Under the pieces are notes generated by a model, which searched no databases, was not told the origin of the DNA, and saw only the letters and a list, made by a program, of their open reading frames with translations. A DNA stretch of 63,301 nucleotides, filler included, from Choristocarpus tenellus KU-1152 (lineage: Eukaryota > Protista > Phaeophyceae): NCBI GenBank assembly GCA_964200185.2. It is 6 parts of 6 records of this genome, joined end to end, with 100 filler letters (N's around TTAATTAATTAA, not from the genome) between each part and the next. Parts side by side here need not be neighbours in the genome. Positions count along the whole stretch, not along the records: positions 51,782 to 55,555 come from CAXNAD020017995.1; positions 55,656 to 59,160 come from CAXNAD020019572.1; positions 59,261 to 63,301 come from CAXNAD020016528.1; 3 more parts are not named here. One strand, written 5' to 3'. The position numbers were made by a program, and so were the translations under genes. The first letter of the stretch is position 1; each line of letters opens with the position of its first letter. Below are positions 54,849-63,301 of this stretch, piece by piece.

Positions 54849-55555
54849 ATGGGCAACGTATCGACTACCCGGAAGCGTGGCCTTGCGAAGGAGCACGAGA
54901 AGTATTGCAAGCCCACTGGGTGAGAGAGAGCAGATATATTTGCAAAGAGAATCCTTCCCGAGCGCATCCCCTGTTCCTAATCGTCGATTTTGTATCTCAA
55001 GCAGTCGTTTCCCAAGCCGAAAGCATTCGTGTTCCAGCCACACACCATGCCCTGGTTCTGATAGTCTTGTTTCCTTCACTCTGGGGGGAGAAAGGCAAAA
55101 CTTGAGGGAGGTCATGTGTTTATCATTTTCTCAGCTTGATAGTGTCTTGGCTGGACTTGCCGGTCTCTAAGTGCTCTTCCCAGGTCGCTGTCTCTATTCC
55201 CCTTCGCACGAACCCCACTTAGACCCCTCCCCTTTTGTTGAAATTGAATAATATATATAATTGGCTCTTCCCTGGTAACCGCCCATATTCATGCCAGACC
55301 ACTAGCCCATGTTAACCTTCGACTGAAGGAACCACGACTCGCTCATTGCCCATCGTTCCTCCCCCACCTCACGCCTATATCAGGCTCTACGACACCTGCC
55401 CCTGGGAGGAAAGGGTTGTAAAGCGTTGGATATATGAGGGTCATGTTGCCCCACGCTTCCCAGGGAGAGATGTGCCAGGCTTGGGGCAAGGGGGAGGGAA
55501 GGGTGCTGGGTCAGGGGAGTTGGAGCAGGAGGGGCAGGCAATTGCCACAGAGGAG
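54849..55555 (+). CDS. GW2/DA2/Sip5-like RING E3 ligase, N-terminal part (truncated by gap)
   Basis: Exons 54849-54919 and 55384-gap: MGNVSTTRKRGLAKEHEKYCKPTGLYDTCPWEERVVKRWIYEGHVAPRFPG. Resembles the GW2/DA2 N-terminus (EKYTRPQGLY..LI...LAPCYPG), with an MGNxS myristoylation motif. Confidence 0.7.
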
Positions 55556-55655
55556 NNNNNNNNNNNNNNNNNNNNNNNNNNNNNNNNNNNNNNNNNNNNT
55601 TAATTAATTAANNNNNNNNNNNNNNNNNNNNNNNNNNNNNNNNNNNNNNNNNNNN
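55556..55655. other. Artificial contig spacer
   Basis: N-TTAATTAATTAA-N. Confidence 0.97.
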
Positions 55656-55693
55656 CAGAGTGTCATCGTAGATCAGTGGCAAAGGTCAGCAAT

Positions 55694-55880
55694 GAACCAA
55701 AGTATCTGTGGGGGGGGGGGAGGGGGGGGGGTCTACAACAGAGTATCCATTTGGACCAAAAACAAGAAAAGTGCACTTTCAATATCCATCAAATGTATGG
55801 AACCAAATCACCCCAAAATCGCAATATTAAAAAATTGGTCCCAAATGGAAAGCCACCACCCCCCCAGATACTTTGGCCCC
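55694..55880. mobile_element. MITE family B full copy (inverted)
   Basis: GAACCAAAGTATCTG...CAGATACTTTGGCCCC with TSD AAT. Confidence 0.82.
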
Positions 55881-57352
55881 AATATTACACAAGTATGGTC
55901 AGGTTCAAAGCTGCTTGTCATCAGATCCGTTCTCAAGAAAATTCGATTTGATTATCCAAACTCTATGCGGTAAGCACTACAGATTGTACAGCTGTCCTAT
56001 CCTGTCTGTCACTAAACCAATCAAATGACAACAATGAAAACAATAACATGGGCAACTCAAATGAAGGGGTCAGTGTGTGCAATGCAAAGCAATGCTGAGG
56101 CAAGTACTGCACAAAATTCGAGGGAGGAAGGGGAACGACAACAGTGAGATGGTTGAACCCAACAAGCACGGAACAAGGCAAAGATGTAGACAGTTAAATT
56201 AATGCTACATTTAAATAGGTAGTGCAGTGTGCCATGTAGAGTGTGGTGCCTCTGACCACAGGTTGGGCTAGTCCCTGGACAACAGTAAAGAAAATAAGAA
56301 ACGCTAGAAAAAAAATAATAGCAAAAATAGCAAAATTGTGTAGAAAAGACAAACATATACGTTCAACTTAGGGTTAGGGGTCAGAAAAACATAATAAATG
56401 TGGTTAACTGTGATTAATTTCTTAGTATAATTTCGGCGGTGGAGACTGTTCCTCAAAATATCTTGACATGTGAGCACCGCCACAGCCAGGAACAAGAAGG
56501 ACCTCAAGGATCAGTGCAGACAGTGAGGTAAGGTATGATGAAGGTGGACATGTGCTGACATGTGTTGACATGGGTTGTGAACCAGAAAAAAAAGAGCAGA
56601 TGATTCCAAAGATTTGTCATTATCTGTGCAATATAGGCTGGTAGTCCATATGGTTTATAGGTGTTTAGTGACCATTATTAGACCACAGGAATGTTGACTA
56701 AGTGGAACAAGTGTCATTGACTTGTTTTCGTGTGCTTAGAGCAATAAGTTCGAACCTCAGATGATTGATTTACTTGATATAAATGGACTGATGGAGGATT
56801 ACTGACATAGTACTAGGTACACAGGATAAGTGACATAGTACGATGTAACGGCAGGACACGTTTTGATGTGACAGCTGATGTGTCAGCTGACATATGCAAT
56901 AAACAATAAGATAATAGAGAGAGCATCCCCCCACCACCGAGGGCTGTGCTCACTCCGCTAATAAATACATCCATACCACACAAAGCAAAATACTCTACTT
57001 GAGTAGCTCTCTTTTGCAAATTATCATCATTCCAAAGACTTGTCATTATCATGATTCCAAAGGTGGTTACCTATTGGAAAATCAGCAAAAATAATCAAGA
57101 AACTTCAAACTGAAAAGCTGCAGCGCTACGTCTACTTTTTCAACATAAAAAAAACAGCAAGCATCTTTGGGCACATTGTGTTGGCCTGCTTCAAATAATT
57201 ACTGCTACCCATGAGATATAATAAACGTTGGTGTGTTTTAGAGAGGCCTGTCAATCCAATCAGTAGACAATCCCTGGAAATTTTACTCAATCAAGTTCAA
57301 TTTGTGAACATATTATTAGTCTTGTCACAGTGGTTCAAGGGCATCTCTTCAC

Positions 57353-58381
57353 CTGTGGATTTGCCTCCCCAAAGGCTTTTAAACGCTGTCTAACAATCCC
57401 AACCTGCTGTGGGGAGAGGAGACCGCCTTTGCCACTGTCAGATCCAACCTGTGAAGCAAAGATTTGATTGATTAAATTATCCATAGGCTCATCCCTCAAT
57501 TTGTAATAGGATACAAGCATGGGGAACAAAAATGCCCTAGACTTTGGGATTCAAATAGTTCAGGTTTCACAGGTGTACGTTTAATGTGTAACACCATTGG
57601 GGTATGAGTGTCTAAACGATGAGGGGGTGGGAGAAAAAGAATCCCCCAAGTAAAGTAAAAGGCAGCAGGGCTTTCAGTAGTACCTTTTCTGATTAAGAGG
57701 AGGGAGAAACAGTGGTCAATAGTTGTTCCATCAACCCATACGTGATTCACTGTCATCTGAGGGGAAAAGAAGAACAATCCCTGTCTTGTCATTAGACATA
57801 AGTGTCATCTTTGGTTGAGATGCAACCTCTTACTCTCTATCTCTTGAGTCACTAGGTCACAGGTTACAATAGTACCATCATTTTGTCACAAAATTAGGGT
57901 CAAAATAGCACACTCCATTCAACACACAAAACCAGAGTCATGGAAATGTAGCTTGTTGCAATAGTGATACAGAAGACAATATTGCATCACTCAGAAGGGT
58001 TACTTATATTTGATTCTCAGGTCTGGCACGTGAATCCCCAAACACATCCACCTCTGACCTCTGCACCAAACTACAGAAAATCCTCCAATCAATCCTTGAA
58101 GAAAAGATTATAGTACATGCACATCATTACCTGACATCCTTCATGTCTAATTAATCCCTGTCTCAAGTTGCTCAGAGTATATACTTTAAGGTGCTGAGTC
58201 ACGAGACACTTTACCCCATCTGTTAACGAATATTTAACTATAATTTAAGGAAACTAAAGGGGTTAGGGTTAGGGTTAGATGATCTGAATACCTGACGTGC
58301 TGCATCATCACATCCAACCCTGCTGAAGATGAAAATAATGGAAGGGAGAAGGTTCTTGCGCTGTAGCTCACGAACAACAAA
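57353..58381 (-). CDS. Ski2-like DExH RNA helicase fragment (ISE2/Ski2/Mtr4 type)
   Basis: Exon 58381-~58292 FVVRELQRKNLLPSIIFIFSRVGCDDAARQ (motif IV, LP.I.F.FSR..C). Exon ~57448-57353 VGSDSGKGGLLSPQQVGIVRQRLKAFGEANPQ. Confidence 0.7.
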
Positions 58382-59160
58382 CTGTACACAGAAATATGGA
58401 TAGGTGAGAGGATGCAGTGGGTTGAGGTGACACGGCTTCATGAAGTCTCTCATTGTAAAAGCAATGGATAGACTAGGAACAAGGATGGGGTAGAGTATGG
58501 CCGTATACGGTTAGAGATAAACCAATCAGGAGAGAAGACAGGATATACAACACTGTACCTGGAAGGTTATCAAAAGAATAACGAGTTTGACCCTGACTTC
58601 AATACAACTGCCACAAATCAGGTGGCAGGTGGTATCATTCAAAGAAAACTGGATTATACTACGTAAACATACATACAAATGAACACTCATTAGGCAGCAC
58701 ATTGAGTACATTGATACCAACAGTCTTCATGTCCACAGTGTCTCTCAAGCATTAAATAATCGACAAAAGCATGATATGCTAGTGTCCATAACTTAACAAC
58801 ATATCGAACATACCCAGACTCAAGTAGCTTCAAAGCAAAGATCAACATGTTCTCTATCCACCCACTGGGCCCCATCTCTTCATATAAAACAAAGACCACA
58901 TCCTACCTCCCACTGTGAGAAGTTGTAAAATGACAAGGACAAAGCACACTTGAAAAGGTTACAAGTTTTACCATTGTTCTAAAACAAAGTGCACCGAGGT
59001 CAGTAAACTCACAGGATAACTTGGGACCTCCTTTTGTGCAGCATTCTTAGATCTCTTCTGATCTTCTCTCCTCTCTGCTCCCTTGTCTCCCCCCCCTCTC
59101 CCCCTCCTCCCTCTATAACCTCCTCCCTGCCTCCTCTTCCCCCCATAGTACTTGCCCCCT

Positions 59161-59260
59161 NNNNNNNNNNNNNNNNNNNNNNNNNNNNNNNNNNNNNNNN
59201 NNNNTTAATTAATTAANNNNNNNNNNNNNNNNNNNNNNNNNNNNNNNNNNNNNNNNNNNN
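59161..59260. other. Artificial contig spacer
   Basis: N-TTAATTAATTAA-N. Confidence 0.97.
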
Positions 59261-59304
59261 TCCTCTTCCCCGGTTTCCACCCTTCCCCATACCTAAAAAA
59301 AAAT

Positions 59305-60110
59305 TCAAGAAATTTTTGAAATTATGCATATCTTTCCCATTGCTACCACGAAGCAGTCGAAACTATCTGGCAAATCGTAGTCTCCTCTGTAGTTTTTTCT
59401 CCCCAACTCCCCTCTTGGTATGTAGTCCTTTATCGTGAAGGTCAGGTTTTCCTGTTGCTTTGCCACCTCTTCAATCACGTCAGCTTTCTCGTCCACAATC
59501 CGCTGTAGTTTATCCCGTATCGCTCTGGCGTTCCTACCTGAATAAACAGGGGGGTGAATCCGAGGAGTGCGAAATATTTCCTCACTTCGACCCTGTTCTA
59601 TGCTTGGATCATGGATTTCTCTTTTATCCTTTCTACCAGTGTCGCTGAAGTTATCAAACCTTCTCCAATCGTCAATCTGTCTCCCCCTCCCATCCCTCTG
59701 TCCCCACCTACACGTCCTGGTTTATTCGCCTGTCATAGTTTCTGGAGGATCTCTATCATGTGGTCTATCCTTTCCGTTAGTTTGGCCACCTCATTCATCT
59801 GGTCCTGGGCTTGACTGGGGTCGCCTTCAATCCTGCTCCTTGCTTCTTCTTTCTCCTCCCCCTCTCCTTTCTTCTCTCCCTCCCCCTCTGCGCTGAAGCT
59901 CACCTCTCTCTGTACTTGTTCAATCTCCAGCTGCATCCTCCGTGCCGCCATTGTTTCCATCTCTTCCTCACTTCCTTCCATCCTTTTTCCTCCCCCCATC
60001 CTTGCATTGTTTTTCTCGTCTCCTCACCCTTTTCCTTTTCGTTGTTTCCCAGGAAGGTTTCCCATGCCTTCTTGTTCTCGTCGTTCGTGCTCTCCCCCCT
60101 TTCAGCCATA
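59305..60110 (-). pseudogene. Frameshifted E/K-rich coiled-coil ORF, possibly a retroelement gag/ORF1 relic
   Basis: Intronless, broken frames (MNEVAKLTERIDHMIEILQKL*...) with strong purine skew, next to other retroelement debris. Confidence 0.3.
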
Positions 60111-60599
60111 CTTTAATCAGGAAAGCTTGCTCGGAGGTGGTCTTGTTCTCGCCCTCCTCGTCTTGTACCCCTGGTCCTCAGCCCTCTTTTACAATACTGA
60201 CCATTCCTTCCCCTTCCCTCTTCCTACCACTCATTTATTTTAACCTTTATCCCCCCCTCTCTTAGCCAGTCAATCCTTAACTATTCGTTCCCTTCTTGTT
60301 TACTTCTTCTTCTTTTCTCTACCCTCTCTTGTCCTCTGCCCCCAGCCAACCAGAATTCTTCCGCCCACAAATCTCAGATTACTTCATAAACGTTCTCTTT
60401 TCTTTGGTTTCCTTCCTGACACATCTCAAAAATATCAGAGGGCATAATAAAAAAAATACTAGTGATATTGGACATCAGCAGATAATATTCTGTGTATGTA
60501 TAACCATGTAACTCCACTACTACCTTTCGGCAACAAGCCTTTACAGTGACAAGTTTCTCAACACTCTTAAGCGACTCATCCAAACTCTAGCCAGGGGAG

Positions 60600-61680
60600 A
60601 CGCAGCTGGACTGGTTTAGTTTGAGGGTATATTACATCACTCATGGCCTCTGATGGGTTTCACACGAGGTCAGGGAGGATCCCATCAGGGTGGGTGATAT
60701 TGATTTCATCAAGGGTGAAGGTGTGGATGAAGAAGAGGTCACCAAGGCCAAAAAGGCATATGCCATCTTGCTGAGGAGTACCAGCGGGTTATACAGGTAC
60801 ATTGTCCGCAATGCAGTGTCACCTTGAGGAGCTTGGCAACAGCTACGTGAACATTTCCTAATCCATTCAGACGAAGAGATAGCTAGGCTTCAAAAGAAGG
60901 TGATGGCAGTCAAGATGCCACGGGGGTCAGACCCCCAAATCGCTCTTACGAAGATGTTGGGCTGGGTTGGCCAGATGGCAATGATGGGGCATGTGATGTC
61001 CGAACAGGTGCTCCAAATTGCCATGTTCGATTGTTTCGACGATGACTACCAGATAACCAAACAATACCTTCAGCATCATCACAAGAGCAAGCGTACGAGA
61101 GCTAAGATTCAGCAAGCTACTCGTTCGCGCTATTCCTATCTGCAACGAGAGGTAGCACATGGCGGAGAGCCTAGGAGCGCTCTCGCCGTAGGGACTATGA
61201 ACTTGACAAGGAGCCAAAAACGGGTCAGCCGAGGAGGCAGTGAAGGTATGACTAGTCTCCGTACAGACCCTGGGACGACAATATCTCGTGCCAGGGGGCT
61301 GACCAAGTGTATTGGTCAGATATTTCGGTTCTTGTATGTTTGGAAGACCGTGTTACAGCTGTGCAAAGAATGGCCACCTGCGAGCTGTGCGCCCCCAGAG
61401 GAGGGCAAACCCGTCAAAGTCAACGGGAGTACTAGCTGAACCAGATGAACCAGCTAGAGTGTGAAGGAAGTACAAGACCATGTTAGCAGATGTAGCCGAC
61501 AATGGCAAGGTGAGATTGAATGCTTTCGAAACATGATGTTTTGATTCGGGGGCTTCCTATACTGTGACGAAAGACTCAACATACATGTTTGACTTCACCA
61601 CATGTCCACTAGGCCACAATATGATGACCGTGGCTTACGGCACATCACTACCCATTGTGGGTTATGGCAAGATTGATTGG
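60600..61680 (+). mobile_element. Decayed Ty1/copia gag-protease
   Basis: UBN2-type gag (GAWQQLREHFL..EIARLQKKVMAVKMPRGSDP) with stops and frameshifts. Copia protease motifs FDSGAS (~61541) and VAYGTSLPIVGYGKID. Confidence 0.75.
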
Positions 61681-61893
61681 AATTTCAATGTTGGCTGCGT
61701 TGAGTGAGTGCATTTTGCTTTGGAGTCTGTCGCATTTGTCCCGAAAAATAGCTTTCAATCTTCTCTATCCGTAATCCGTTTAAAGGATAAAGATGAGATA
61801 GTTTCGGTGTTTTATTTGTTGTTATCCGCGTATTTCCCTTCACATCCCTGAGGACTAGAAGGCATATCGTATCTACTCTCACTCCAAGAGCTA

Positions 61894-62151
61894 GAGTGAA
61901 TGTATCTTAGAGGGTACGAGTTTTTCCCTGTTTGTCCATCTGGGGCTTGACTTCCCAATGGTTTTTAATGGCATTTTACCTATTCCAAAATTTTTTGGAG
62001 TAGGTAAAATGTGTATGTCATGGAAATGGGTGTTCGGAACAAGGATATTGACATCTCCTACCAAACATGATAGCCAAAATTACATCAAAATTGCAACATT
62101 GGATTTTGGCCCCAAATGGACGCGGCTCTACCCTCCAAGATACTTTGACTC
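61894..62151. mobile_element. MITE family A copy 3
   Basis: GAGTGAATGTATCTTAGAGGGTA...TACCCTCCAAGATACTTTGACTC, flanked by GCTA on both sides. Confidence 0.85.
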
Positions 62152-62589
62152 GCTAGGGGGGTTGAGTATAGTATCTCCTGGACTGATCGAGAGTACAGGG
62201 GGAGTATGAGATGGACGTTTACTGTTATGGATGGAGGTCTAGATCGGCGAGAGTTCAGGAGGTGGAGACTGGACGCTGAGGTTACCATTTTGCAAGCCCT
62301 TTACCTGGTGGTTGTGCAAAATTCTTTGATTTTTCTGCTGTTTTATTTTGCAAGAGCTCCATTGTTTGATATGTTTTGTCTGTTTTCCATCGAGACTACA
62401 CTTGTGATTCGTGTGAGTGATGAGTCTATTAGAGTGTTAGCGGATGATATTCCTCTAGACCCCAAGACTTTAAGAACGGTACATAGTTCTCCTGAACGTG
62501 GTTTTTAGGATCGAACTAGAGCAGAAGAGATGTCTGATTTGTTGTTTGAATGGCAGCTGGGTGGAGGCTGTCTTACTCCCTCGATGGAG

Positions 62590-63301
62590 GGTAATTTTCC
62601 CCCTGGATGAGGGAGGGATGAAAATCCTACCATAAAGATCTGGGGCACAACAGGGAGACCCACTGGGACCCCTCTTATATTGCATGGCAACACACAAGGC
62701 CCTGCAACAGGTCCAATCGGTTTTTGGACCCCAAGGGATATCCTCCCGAAGCTACCTGGACGACACATCCATATCAGCAATAGAGATAGGCCCTAACACC
62801 ATAGCTGCTTTTGAGCACTTAAAAACTGACTCCATGAAGTAGATATTGACCTAAATATGGACTAGGCCTTTGTCGCACCTCCCCAGGGCCACAACCCATG
62901 CCCTTCGAACTGGAGCTCTTCTCTGCAGCGGGAATTCTACCTAGCCCCGAACCCCAATGGCATTGTCACATTGGGGGCTCCCGCGAGAATATATAGCTTT
63001 ATCCAAGCCCATATGACTGAGGTGATCGAGAGCTCTGGGACACGAACTCTGGCCACACACCTCAGTGAGATGGAGGACAAACAGGTGACCTGGCTCCTCA
63101 ACTCCTGGTTCCTCTCCTTCCACCTAGGCTAGCTACCTTGCGAGGGTCAATCCCCCCCTCCTGGCACACTCAACCATGGAGAAAGCAGACAACACCTCAT
63201 TATGGACACTAGAGAGGATAATGGAGGTAGCTGACTCGACAGAGGCGACGGATTTCTTTGAAGGAGGGTGCAACAATGGGTCTCTCCGCTTAGAGACCCA
63301 C
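62590..63301 (+). mobile_element. Decayed non-LTR retrotransposon reverse transcriptase (CRE-like)
   Basis: GAQQGDPLGPLLYCMA (from ~62642), SYLDD (Y at 62753), and thumb region GIVTLGAP...HLSEMEDKQV...SYLARVNPP, with stops and frameshifts. Not in the ORF track. Confidence 0.82.

Noticed and set aside
15542-62151. MITE repeats as a CRISPR-like or guide-RNA system, or CACTA elements
   Set aside because: They are dispersed, TIR/TSD-bounded, not arrayed, have no nearby nuclease ORF, and their termini are not CAC.
1-63301. tRNA/rRNA genes, prokaryotic operons, viral insert
   Set aside because: None recognisable; all identifiable host genes are spliced eukaryotic genes.

Overview
Eukaryotic, intron-rich genomic DNA from a photosynthetic stramenopile, probably brown-alga-like. 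Evidence: GT-AG introns, bipartite signal + 'AF' plastid-targeting motifs, TTAGGG repeats. It is six contigs joined by artificial 100-nt N/TTAATTAATTAA/N spacers. Genes reconstructed by hand across introns: a STIM-like EF-hand/SAM membrane protein with FN3 and a probable FYVE-type tail (the most interesting item), an ASC-1/Rqt4-like C2HC5 zinc-finger protein, an atypical SLC25 carrier, plastid rubredoxin, a giant (>19 kb) surface protein with unnamed ~100-aa repeats, IPT/TIG domains and Cys-rich repeats, an LRR+IQ protein, a plastid-targeted CsaA/Trbp111-like OB-fold protein, a NIF/FCP1-type HAD protein, a GW2/DA2/Sip5-like N-terminus and a Ski2-like helicase fragment. Mobile DNA: two related MITE families (8 copies or fragments) and decayed copia, CRE-like non-LTR and possibly hAT elements. 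Exon boundaries come from splice motifs and frame only; no database searches were run.
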